The translations under genes and the position numbers were made by a program. A stretch of DNA of 63,762 nt, counting the filler, from Octopus bimaculoides (Eukaryota): the NCBI RefSeq assembly GCF_001194135.2. It is 6 parts of 5 records of this genome, joined end to end, with 100 filler letters (N's around TTAATTAATTAA, not from the genome) between each part and the next. Parts side by side here need not be neighbours in the genome. Positions count along the whole stretch, not along the records: positions 32,091 to 43,296 come from NC_068996.1; positions 43,397 to 56,268 come from NC_068983.1; 4 more parts are not named here. The stretch is one strand, 5' to 3'. Shown here in pieces: positions 39,251 to 51,326 of this stretch (positions are counted from its first letter, which is position 1; every line of letters starts with the position of its first letter). The notes under the pieces were generated by a model, which saw only the letters and a program-made list of their open reading frames with translations, did not search any database and was not told the DNA's origin.

Positions 39251-39349
39251 GAGTCGATAACTGAAAGTAAATAAACTGTTTTTTTTCAAGGTAAAAAGTG
39301 AAGCCTACTTCATGGGCTAGCTTTACTTTTAAACATGAGCAATTACCGT

Positions 39350-40870
39350 GTTTTTCTTGAGAATTCTCAGCAACAGTGATGTAAACATAGTTATTTTCCA
39401 GACTGTACTCAATAAAGATTTTATCAATTATCTGCTGAAAACAAGATTCACTATTTGTAGCTCCACAGAAAGCCTACAGAACAGTTATATTCTACCCTCG
39501 TCTTTGGACACTATATATAAATTCTCAAAGTCTAGTAGTAATATTTGATGGTATACAATTTAAACTTGACAACCTATTGGCAAAATCAGAACATTAAATA
39601 CACAAAGACTGTCTTTTGGTCCTGTTCTTGGCTACATGTTTTGTGTACCCATGTTGCCTTCTGTAGGATTCAAATAAACTATTGGTTTTGGATGCGAAAT
39701 CTTTGAGACAAGTGAAAACGGGTTTTACAGTGTACCTCAGAAATTCAAATGTAGAAAATGGTTGTTATATCGGTGTCAGTTTTAAGACAAGATTAACTAC
39801 TGGTTGTGAAATTTACTCTAAACCCATTAAACTCAAAAAGCACTTTTGAATGTCTCGACAGAGTGTTTCTGCCCTGTGGGAATGGGGAAGAATTTTTAAT
39901 TCGATGTTTGAATAGCTTTTGTCTTGAAGTTTGATGGTAGTTGAGCAATTTTATGTTCGCATAATTTTTGCGTCGGTAGTTATAGCTTTTTCATCGTGAT
40001 TTTCTGTGTGGAAAAAGTGTGGATTTTTTTCACATATTGGAATGTGGGAAGCTCCGCTGTTCATAATAGCAGTTAGATTAAGTTTGCCAATAGTTATTGT
40101 TTGTGGCAGAATTAGATTAGATCCCCCACTAAGTAGTGACATAAGTTTTTGCCAAAACTTATGAGTCTTACTCGAATGAAGAACGAGTTTCCTATTCCTA
40201 TAAAAAAGATGTTGGTGAAAATCGCTACAACGTTTAGTGTAACAGCTGTCTTTTCTTCCTTGATGGACGGACACCTAAAAAATGTCTCTTTGAATGGCAA
40301 AAATAGAAATTCAACTAATCGTGCAAGATACCTTGTACATTGAAGATACGATTTTCCACAGAAGTAACGCGTGCGTTATTTTGTTGTTAACATTTTTTTT
40401 TTTGTGCTTTATTTGAATGCATGCCAGAGAATTTTCATTTAAATCTTCGTTTTCCAAAATTTCATTTTCCACAGTGTTGATAGCTGCAAGAGATTTGGCA
40501 CGAGAGAAACAATTTTTATCGTCAGACCAAAATTCAAATAGCAAACCTTTTGATGTAAAAGCCTCACAGGCCAAGATCTGCTATTGCCAATAATTCTTCA
40601 CGAATTTCATCGTTAACAATAACAGAGATTAAAGACTCACATACTAACTCTTCTTCATATTGCACGATAGTGATGTCTTTGCACAGACAGTCCTTAACTT
40701 GATGTTTTAACACTTCCAAGAAAATGTTTCAATGTTTTCTCCCAGTTTTGTCGGCGTTTTGCCAGATAGCTGTCGTGGAACGAATACGAGAAGCAAATAA
40801 ATCGTCTGATTTGACTTTCACAACCAAACAATCATCGACCCAATTTTATTCATGGAGACTGCGGTTGTCT
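39350..40870 (-). pseudogene. Decayed long ORF or pseudo-exon with weak NACHT winged-helix-like features
   Basis: Acceptor ttgttttgttttcag| at 40871. Long protein-like runs are broken by a few stops and frameshifts, e.g. FLEVLKHQVKDCLCKDITIVQYEEELVCESLISVIVNDEIREELLAIADL/ACEAFTSKGLLFEFWSDD...KITHALLLWKIVSSMY and FWQKLMSLLSGGS. The family assignment is by eye only. Confidence 0.4.
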
Positions 40871-41122
40871 GAAAACAAAACAACAATAACAAAAATAATA
40901 GCATAAACAAAACAGGGGTAATAATATATAAACAAGATGCAAAGCTAGTTATTCAATAATGTACCCAATTATTAAATGGTTATTATATTGCAATAAGCAT
41001 GTGTGTATGTGTGTGTGTGTGTGTGTATCTTTTATCGTATACTGGTTTCAGCCAAAGGCAGGGGCCATACTGGTGCACCACTTTGTAGTGTGTTTCGGTC
41101 TACCTTCTGTAACGTATATACA

Positions 41123-41255
<133 letters not shown>

Positions 41256-41267
41256 GTATATTCATAT

Positions 41268-41405
41268 GTAGTTAAGTCTATGTCCGGTCATAGAGTGATC
41301 AATGGTTTCGCATCCACAAAGAGCTTAGCCCCATGGATGTCTCATCAGACGAGACATCCATGCGAAACCATTGGTCACTCTATGACCGGACATAAGCTTA
41401 ATTAC
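41268..41405. mobile_element. Small fold-back/MITE-like element with a branched hairpin
   Basis: Arms 41279-41313 and 41360-41394 are complementary at 34/35 positions, with an inner hairpin atggatgtctc/gagacatccat. Confidence 0.75.
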
Positions 41406-42224
41406 TTTAATATATTACTCCTCTATGCTTTAGAGTAGATTTATGCTACTTTGACGATATATATATGTATGTATATATGCGTTTGTGTGTATATATTTGT
41501 GTGCGTATGTTTGTATGTATGTAGAGAATAAACCAAAATGTGGTAGTGTGTTGCAGAAAAGTGCTAATTTAAGTACTAATTAACCACTATAAAATTTCTC
41601 CAAGATGTTAATATATAATTAATATTTATTATTTAAATAGTTAATAATATTTATATTTAAACTATTTCGTTACAAGCTGTATATACATGCGTGTATGTGT
41701 ATGTGTGTGTGTATGTGTCAGTGTGTGACTATTGAGAAAACGAATACTAAATTTGGATATAATCATTGAATATATAGTTTATAAATGTAACATCTGGAGG
41801 AATGTTGTAGGAGGAGGAGGAGGAGGAGGAAGAAGAAGAAGAAGAAGATGGTGATGGTGATGGTGATGGTGATGGTGATGGTGATGGTGATGGTGATGAT
41901 GATGATGATGATGGTGATGATGATAAAGAGAATGAGTGTTATGGTAACATATCAAAGGAAACATGTATATAATCTCCAAAAATAAGAGGTTAAATTATCG
42001 TGAAACAATAAAATTGTTGGGTCGATTATATTGACAAATGTTCTAAAATTAGAAGAAAAATATAAAGTGAAAAAATGTAGTTTATCTGTGATTTCAATTA
42101 ATGAGAACAAACGAGAGAGAGAGAGGTTAAAAGATAAATGATAATGGAGTGAACAAAGCTTGTCTATATTTGTTTAAAAATAATGAGTAGAGAAAGAAAG
42201 GAATGATAATAATGATAATAAAAA

Positions 42225-42680
42225 TAATAATAATAAATACTTTTATTGGCCAAAAGGGCTCAAAACATGTAGGACAATATCAAAGGCCTATATACAGCAC
42301 ACAAAACCAGGTGGGTTTACATTGATCAAAAAGAGACACTACAAAATTAAAGGATATAACAAAGGATGTATAAAATAGAAATTAGAGAAATAAATAATTA
42401 ATAAATAAATAGAATCCCCAAGGCAACGAGCTACGAAAACATTTAGGACAATAGAAAAACAAAGGCGGTGAGTATTTACATAGAAAAAGGTAAACAATAA
42501 TATGAAGAAAAAATAAATAATAATAATAATTAAGAAACAAAATCCCCAATAGTAAGAGTGGGTGGGGGACTCCGAATAGAGGTAACCAAGAAACCCCAAA
42601 GATTCCGAGTCACCCTGTTTATCAGGAGTATTATGGCAAGTGCTCCCTTCTTCTCCGTACTCCTCAGCCTACAGGCGCCA
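42225..42680 (-). mobile_element. Probable L1/Tx1-like LINE 3' end
   Basis: Minus strand ends ccttttggccAATAAAagtatt(tat)n. A short coding-like tail WRL*AEEYGEEGSTC is followed by a pyrimidine-rich UTR. Confidence 0.45.
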
Positions 42681-42739
42681 GCTTAGAGTAGTAAATTATC
42701 GTTATAGAATAATAAATAATGATAATAATAATAACAACA

Positions 42740-42796
<57 letters not shown>

Positions 42797-43253
42797 GTAG
42801 TAATAATAATGATAATAATAATAATAATAATGATAATAATAATCTCTGAGCGTAATTACCATAAACATTTCGTAAATGTGTCTAGACTGCACACATCGAT
42901 TGATAAATATTTTTTATAGCGAGAGTTCTATGATAAAAAGGGAAATAAATTGTTGGTGTATTTTGAGAAAGAAAAACGTCGGTCTAAAGACGATAAATAG
43001 AAGTGAATTACTTTGATAGAGGAGCTAAAAAAAATTTCTATATTAGGTTTATGAAGTTGAAGTGCATTCGATTAAATAATTAATTTAAAAAAATAAATAA
43101 ATGTTTTGTGCAAAAGGTGACAGTTATACAGATTTTGAATTGGATGATAATTCTTTCAAACTTCGGCACAAGGCCAGCAATTTTGAGGTTAGTGGGAAGT
43201 GTTAAACTGGTACTCAATTTATCGACTCCGAAAGGATGAAGGACAGTTAAGGA

Positions 43254-43296
<43 letters not shown>

Positions 43297-43696
43297 NNNN
43301 NNNNNNNNNNNNNNNNNNNNNNNNNNNNNNNNNNNNNNNNTTAATTAATTAANNNNNNNNNNNNNNNNNNNNNNNNNNNNNNNNNNNNNNNNNNNNAACG
43401 TAATTCTCGGGGATATTCAGCGTGACACAGTGTGACAAGGCTGACCATTTGAATTACAGGCACAGCAGAAACAGGAAGTAAGAGTGAGAGAAAGTTGTGG
43501 TGGAAGAGTACAGCAGGGTTCGCCACCAACCCCTGCCGGAGCCTCGTGGAGCTTTAGGTGTTTTTCGCTCAATAAACACTCACAACGCCCGGTCTGGGAA
43601 TCGAAACCGCGATCCTATGACTGCGAGTCCGCTGCCCTCACCACTGGGCCATTGTGCCTACATACTATAAATAATACCATGTAAATATTAGATTGT

Positions 43697-43805
43697 AAAA
43701 CCCTTTTCAACAGAAAATTTGAAGGCTGCCTGTTATGTCTACAGAAAATATGGGGTCATGACCCACAGGCAGCCTTCAACTTTTTCTGTCTAAAAGGGTG
43801 TTTTA
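43697..43805. mobile_element. About 110-bp hairpin MITE
   Basis: About 37-bp TIRs aaaacccttttcaacagaaaatttgaaggctgcctgt and an internal palindrome gggtcatgaccc. Confidence 0.7.
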
Positions 43806-43942
43806 GCCCAATGTTTACCATGCTATTATTCATAGGTTTATGTGCTTCAAGATCTGCCATTCCAAAAAAAAATTATTTCATGTTCTCTGGAAAGTTTATA
43901 AATTCACATGACATCAATATATGTGCATATATACATATTCTA

Positions 43943-43980
<38 letters not shown>

Positions 43981-43983
<3 letters not shown>

Positions 43984-44120
43984 CTTCCTCCGTTTTTCCC
44001 TTCTTTGGACTTTCCTTGTTTCTGACGAAGAGCTCCGCTCGAAATGTCATATTCTCTCTCTCTCCTTTCCCGAGCGTCTAGTAACACAATCTGTATCACG
44101 TCCTCACATTTTTGAACTTA
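43981..44120 (+). mobile_element. PLE terminal-repeat fragment between (TA)n runs, with hammerhead core at 44022-44048
   Basis: gttt-CTGACGA-A-GAGC tcc GCTC-GAAA-TGT-C. The core is canonical but stems I and III are eroded. Confidence 0.65.
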
Positions 44121-44559
44121 TATATATATATATATATATGTGAATAAATTATCTTTACCACTTCCATTCTTCCATATTGTAAAGAGATTTTATAGATACC
44201 CTATATATATATATACATACTGATACACTGTACAATTACCAGATTTCTTCAATGATATTCTTTGAAGCATATAACTTTTGCAATGTTTGGTTGTTCATTC
44301 ATTCAATTAAAACAACAATGTCATTAGTATATATATTAGAAAAAATGTTTGAAAGCCCTAAACTATGAGGAAGATAACTATAGGTAAAGAATGTAATAAC
44401 TGTGACTGGATCATATCTTGGCTCTGATTCAATAATGTTGCACATCTTTGAGATAGCTTAACAGTCACATCGGATGTTCTAAAAATACACTTGAAAATTA
44501 GGTTACTTATATATAGCTACGCATATATATATATATATATATATATATANNNNNNNNNN

Positions 44560-44604
<45 letters not shown>

Positions 44605-45149
44605 TATGAGAGAGCAAGAAATGTGTTTGTGTAGGAAATAGGAGTGTGTGGAAGATGATGAACAAGAATTTTAGCATCTTTTGATGACATCTCAATACTC
44701 GTGTGTAAATATTTACATACAAGGAGTAAAGCCAAATCCTGTTGGTAGACATTGTGTTTCAAATCACAGCACTATCAGAACCGCATATTCTTGCCTTTTT
44801 CAGTTATGGATTCAAGCAGCTAAAATATTTTTAGTATAATCTAAATAACTTAGATCATAAAGTATATATGAGGTTGCCAAACTTGCTAGAAATAGTAGCC
44901 AAATCTATCACACTCTATAGTCTCAAAAACTGGAAGGACACATTGGAAGTGTATTTAGCCACAGATACAATATGCCTAAAATAAACAGGATAGGATGGGG
45001 AATGGTTATGGCTAGGAAATCTTTAACAATAGGTTTGTTTGGACGAGAGCTGACCTAACTAGTTGCCATTGCTGACAACAGCAAAGACAACTAGTTAGGG
45101 GTAGAAATTGTCCGGTTAAATTTTGTTAGTAAGTGCTCATTAACATAAC

Positions 45150-45225
45150 CAACTTCTTCAATAATTTTTTTTCTTTCTTCAAATTTGGCAAGAATATCAA
45201 GCTGCAATACCCTCATCTGCACCTG
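45150..45225 (-). CDS. Weak candidate exon, unknown gene
   Basis: atattttaaag|QVQMRVLQLDILAKFEERKKIIEEV(G)|gttatg. The donor is weak. Confidence 0.15.
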
Positions 45226-45851
45226 CTTTAAAATATTTCATTAATTTGCCCTTCAAGACTATTGCAAACAGACAGACAACCTTCATTTTGATGACCATTT
45301 GACTAGAAAGAACATACCTTTAATTGCAATGTTTGATCCAAATTGACAAAAGACTTCCGATAAAACTATTACAATGCTTATTTTTATTATTACTTGGAAA
45401 TCCAGTGATGAAACAGCATTTAACCCTATTCTTTATAAAGCTTTGTATTCTGTAAAATAGTACACTCTGTTAATTTGCCAATAGCATAGTCTCGGCTTGT
45501 TTTAGCTTTGGTCACGCCACTTTTATACTTGCTAATTATTGCTAATTTTTCAAACTCCTCTTAACAATTTCACCACTTGTACTAAAGGATTCATTCATTT
45601 AGAACTCATGAAAACAAACTGTGGTTTAGAAATACAGTAACCCCACAATTAACATGGCTTTCAACACAGTACAGTTATCAAATTAACACTCTTTATAAAT
45701 CTACGCAAAAACCTGAAAATCACAAAGCATATATGCACAGTATGCAGACATAGCAGAGAACAATATATCTGCAAGCAACAGAAAGAAGAAATGATAGTCA
45801 AGGGGAAATTACACCAGATTTTATTTCTTCTTTATTTATTATATGCACTGT

Positions 45852-46231
45852 GGAGGCTCAATGGCCCAGTGGTTAGGGCAGCAGACTAGCGGTCATAGGA
45901 TCGCGGTTTCGATTCCCAGACCGGGCGTTGTGAGTGTTTATTGAGCGAAAACACATAAAGTTCTACGAGGCTCCGGCAGAGGATGGTGGCGAACCCTGCT
46001 GTACTCTTTCACCACAACTTTCTCTCACTCTTACTTCCTGTTTTTGTTGTGCCTGTAATTCAAAGGGTCAGCCTTGTCACACTGTGTCACGCTGAATATC
46101 CCTGAGAACTACGTTAAGGGTACATATGTCTGTGGAGTGCTCAGCCACTTGCACGTTAATTTCACGAGCAGGCTGTTCCGCTGATCGGATCAACTGGAAC
46201 CCTCGACGTCGTAAGCGATGGAGTGCCAACA
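45852..46231 (+). mobile_element. SINE family C with a 14-bp target-site duplication
   Basis: ATTATATGCACTGT at 45838-45851 and 46232-46245. Confidence 0.93.
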
Positions 46232-47612
46232 ATTATATGCACTGTATGTCACAGTAAATTAAATTCTTATGCAGAATATTCAAATTTATATGGAAAATTA
46301 CTAAAAGCAAAGGCTCTCTCTCTCTCTCTCTCTATGTGTGTGTGTGCATGCATATGTGTGTGTGCATGCATATGTGTGTGTATACATGTGAGTGCATGTG
46401 TGCGTGTGTGCGTGTATGCATGTATGTGTACGTGTGCATGTGTGTGTGTGTGTTTTATATATGCATGTGTCAAAAGATATTGACAACAAAAGAGCAAAGT
46501 TAGTATTAAAAATAGACACTTCTTTTATTTGCTTCATGCTGGACTGTAGTCATGCTGGTCCCCTGTCTTGATGGGTTTAGCTGAACATATCACCTCCAGT
46601 ATTTCTGTGTGTGTGTGGGGGGGGGGGGGGCAACTACACTTCCATTCACATGGTCAGCTGCCCTAAGATTACACTGGGCATTTGAACAAGGTGTACCCAG
46701 ACACATGAACAAGATTATCATGATATTGTATTAGTTTGGGAGCTATGAATATTGTCATCTTTCGAGAAAGACACTTTTCTAAAATATATAAAGCAAACGT
46801 GTACAAGTGTGTGGGTGTTTGTATAAGAAACAATTTGAAAATAACGGTCATTACATATTATTCCTTTATTGAAGCAAATTTGACTTAGAGCTGTTTCCAG
46901 AAGTCATTATACGTACATTAGTGTTAGGTTTACTCAATTAGCCTATTGATCCACTGAGGTAAATTGAATAATCCAAGAAAATTAATGCTACTTTTGTCAG
47001 AGCCATTTCTAATTATAATTCATAAGTTAGTATCAAAAATAAATATTTCTTTTATTTGCTTCAGTCCCTGGACTGTGGTCATGCTGGTCCCATGTCTTGA
47101 TGGGTTTAGTTGAACCATTATACATATGCATTTTTTCTCATATCAAAATTACTAAATATTTCGAAAAGCTGATAGTTTCTATACAACTCGCTGGGAGCAG
47201 GTAGAATGTAAGCTACATATGTTTCTCAACCAAATGAAGCTCATTATGCAAGTGTTACACAACAAACTCTCCTCAGCATAGCTAATCATCAAGCTGAAAT
47301 TACCTCAATGAAGTTTACATTGCCACATGGAATTCCCAAGTCAGCCACAACACAATGTTGAGTCCAAATGAACAGGAAAGTCAATAACAAAGGATAAAAA
47401 AAATAGCAGTATATTACTGGTTATGGCATATAACTGGTCAAAATATTACAGTTGGTTTCACACCGACTATTGCACTTAAGCAATAGTGACAACGCCTTGG
47501 GACATACTGACCAGAAGTACACAACTGTTTTTAAGTTGGAAGTATAATATAGACACTGGGTGGCCTGGTGTTGGAAAAAACGAAATTAAACAAAACATAG
47601 TGAAAAAAATTA

Positions 47613-48030
47613 TAGGCGCAGGAGTGGCTGTGTGGTAAGTAGCTTGCTTACCAACCACATGGTTCTGGGTTCATTCCCACTGTGTGACACTTTGGGCAAG
47701 TGTCTTCTACTATAGCCTCGGGCTGACCAAAGCCTTGTGAGTGGATTTGGTAGACGGGAACTGAAAGAAGCCCGTCGTATATATGTATATATGTATATGT
47801 ATGTGTGTGTATATGTTTGTGTGTCTGTGTTTGTCCCCCACAACATCGCTTGACAACCGATGCTGGTGTGTTTACGTCCCCGTAACTTAGCAGTTCGGCA
47901 AAAGAGATCGATAGAATAAGTACTAGACTTCCAAAGAATAAGTCCTGAGGTCGATTTGCTCAACTAAAAGGCAGTGCTCCAGCATGGCTGCAGTCAAATG
48001 ACTGAAACAAGTAAAAGAGAGTAAAGAGAG
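47613..48030 (+). mobile_element. SINE family B
   Basis: Near-identical to 24015-24425. Confidence 0.9.
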
Positions 48031-49328
48031 TCTTTTTTCAGGAGAAAAATACTTGTTTCTCATAGATTGATGTTAGCCATGGGTGAAGTGTGTAAGTTTC
48101 CCTACTCCAAAAATGGACATAACCACATTGCCAAAATGAATTCCCACTCATAAGGGCTACATGCAAAAACTTAACTCTTTGAGCTTAAGAAAGCACCCAG
48201 ATCATGTGATTTTTTCAGAAGGATTTGCAAGGTATCATGAGTGGGACTGAACCAAAGACCACATGGTTAGGAAGCAAGGTCCTTTACCACCGAGCCACTC
48301 CTGCACCAGTTAAAACAAAATTGTTACAAAATAGAAATAGAAATTTTAAATGTCATTTAAATGCTAGCCACTTCTGAACTACACTATATATGAAATACAT
48401 AATGATATTTAAGGTGACAGTATTGTATCTCAAGAGGGTACAGTTAAGAAATGTCAAACTTATGAATCTATGCAATTTATATGATGTAAATACATTTATA
48501 AGTTAGTTTCAGACGCAAATAGAAACTTAATATATAGCAAGCTAAAAATAGATGTTGTTGGATGTTTACTGGTGGACTTTTATTGAAATTGTATGGAAGT
48601 GTGTGTGTGTGTGAGTGTGAGTGTGTAAAAAGGAAAAAGCCATAGGGGGAAACAGAAGAGAAAGACAGACAGAGAGGTGTGTGTGTGTGTGTGTGTGTAT
48701 GTGTGTGTGTGCATGCACGTGTAGAGGAAGTGCGACAGACAGAAACATTTAGGTTGAGCATATGGATGAAGTGAGAGAGAAGGGGTAAGTGTATGAGTAA
48801 GCAGAGATAGAGTGGTGGTGAGGGAGGGGAGGGGTGCACGTGTGCACATGAGTATAGACAGAAAGAGGGAGAGAAAGAAAAAGTGGATGTATGTGATCTT
48901 GAAAATGGAATATATTTAAGGGAAGATAGCTGTAATTGTCCTTTTTCAAAGTCAAGTCAGTCCTAATGATCAAAGACCCCACCTTTTTTCTTAAAAAAAA
49001 AAACCAGTGTTTTATAAAACTATATTACTCTTTCTTATTAAAACAATAGGGTATTATTTCAGGAGGATTTAGCAGCTAGAAAGTCTGAGTGAATTTGTAG
49101 ATGCTGCCTCACTGACTCATAAAGAAGATAGAATTATTACTAGATTACCATGAATGGGATTGCAGTTGACAACACAGTTGGATAATATGAAGAGCATGGT
49201 ATAATAACCCTGATATTTGCACTTTTAATATCTACATGAGTTCAGAGTGCTGATGTTTGTATTGCTAAAATCTACATGAGCACTGTAAACTCTTGTAGAT
49301 ATTAGAAGTGCAAACATATATACATGTA

Positions 49329-49492
49329 TAGGCGCAGGAGTGGCTGTGTGGTAAGTAGCTTGCTTACCAACTACACGGTTCCAGGTTCAGTCCCACTGCG
49401 TGGCACCTTGGGCAAGTGTCTTCTACTATAGCCTCAGGCTGACCAAAGCCTTGTGAGTGGATTTGGTAAACGGAAACTGAAAGAAGCCTGTC

Positions 49493-49544
<52 letters not shown>

Positions 49545-49760
49545 GTATATGTTTGTGTGTCTGTGTTTGTCCCCCAACTTCACTTGACAACCGATGCTGG
49601 TGTGTTTACGTGTCCGTAACTTAGCGGTTTGGCAAAGAGACCGATAGAATAAGTACTAGGCTTTAAAAAAATGTCCTGTTGACTTGTTTGACGAAAACCA
49701 TTCAAGGTGGTGCTCCAGTATGGCTGCAGTCAAATGATTAAGACAAGTAAAAGAAGAAAA
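49329..49760 (+). mobile_element. SINE family B
   Basis: Full copy. Other partial or old copies lie at about 19330-19795(-), 31490-31720(-), 57320-57478(+) and 58975-59115(+). Confidence 0.88.
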
Positions 49761-50925
49761 GAATACATGAATGTTATTATAACATTGTCTACAACAAGAA
49801 TGGTATCACAGTAGTGTGAACACACATTGATATTATCATGGCATTCTAAAAGACATTTATATAGCTTCACAAGATTGTGGAGACACCTGAATAGTTTCAG
49901 TGATATCATCATCATCATCATCATCATCATCGTTTAATGTCCGCTTTCCATGCTAGCATGGGTTGGACGATTTGACTGAGGACTGGTAAACCAGATGGCT
50001 ACACCAGGCTCCAGTCTGATTTGGCAGAGTTTCTACAGCTGGATGCCTTTCCTAATGCCAATCACTCCGAGGGTGTAGTGGGTGCTTTTACATGCCACCG
50101 GCATGAAGGCCAGTCAGGCGGTACTGGCAATGGCCACGCTCAAAATGGTTTATTTTACGTGCCACCTGCACAAGAGCCAGTCCAGTGGCACTGGCAATGA
50201 TCTCGCTCGAATGTCTTTACACGTGCCATCGGCACTGCAAACATACTTGGGTTAGTGTCATAGCCGTGTATAGACACCTAGACAAGTACACATCTATAAA
50301 CCTTAATTCATCAGAAAATAGTTTACACACCAGAGAATTTTGCAGTAACGTTTATACAACAGAATTATATTACAAAAATGTTTTCATACTTAGCCAATAA
50401 ATTACCTAAGTCTACATTTTTAGATGGTATCAATATAATATCTATATACCCTAATTTATCACAAACGTGCCTATAAATCTTGATGGTATTATAGCAATGC
50501 TTACACATCTGGATAATGACAATGGGAGGCAGTAGCCCTAAAACCGTTTTTTTTTTTTTTTAATTTTCAGTCTTACCTGCACAACTGTAATACTTATGAC
50601 ATACATATTTTACATATGTAACCTATACATACATTTGTGTACAGAATTATACAAATATGATACACTACTTTTATACATAGTCACACATAAATGGACATAT
50701 GCATGCAAACATGCTCACATAAATCTGTAAGCATACATACAAAAATATGAAAATACACATCTATAAATGTGCACACATACACTTAAATGCACACAAAGTA
50801 TGTACACATTTATGAAATTACACATAGGATATAAAAAATACACACCCACATACATGTCTACAAGTGAAAGTGTGTGCTCATGCATAAATATGTATGTGTG
50901 TGTGTGTGTGTATGATGATGATGAT

Positions 50926-51033
50926 GAGCGTAGCTCGAAACGTCAAAGACTTTCCGTATTCCTGAGCGTCATACTAATACATCCTTTTGTTATTTACACC
51001 ACCTGTCCTCGTCTGTTGTTGTTTTTTCGTACA

Positions 51034-51040
<7 letters not shown>
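50926..51040 (+). mobile_element. 5'-truncated PLE terminal repeat
   Basis: GAGCGTAGCTCGAAACGTCAAAGAC..., near-identical to the reverse complement of 34420-34515. It starts at a (GAT)n run. Confidence 0.75.
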
Positions 51041-51078
<38 letters not shown>

Positions 51079-51295
51079 GTGTGTGTGTGTGTATGATGAT
51101 GATGATAATATATATATATATATATATATAAAGTGAAGTATATTGTCACTTAAGTGTGGCTGACCCCTAGGGGTGGATGTTACTGTTGCTTTTAGCCCCA
51201 GTAGGACATCTCCTCCAGCTGGCTTATCGACACACTACTGGCAATATACTTCACTTTATTGTGCAGTTACTGTTAATACTTCATTTAGAGAATTA

Positions 51296-51326
<31 letters not shown>

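Noticed and set aside
47283-47418. Signal-peptide-like exon IYCYFFYPLLLTFLFIWTQHCVVADLGIPCGNVNFIE (minus strand)
   Set aside because: The acceptor is poor, there is no ATG, and plus-strand frames look equally plausible.
50915-50948. (GAT)n run recreating a hammerhead core upstream of GAGC..GCTC GAAA
   Set aside because: C3 and stem I are missing, so this is a coincidence of truncation at a microsatellite.
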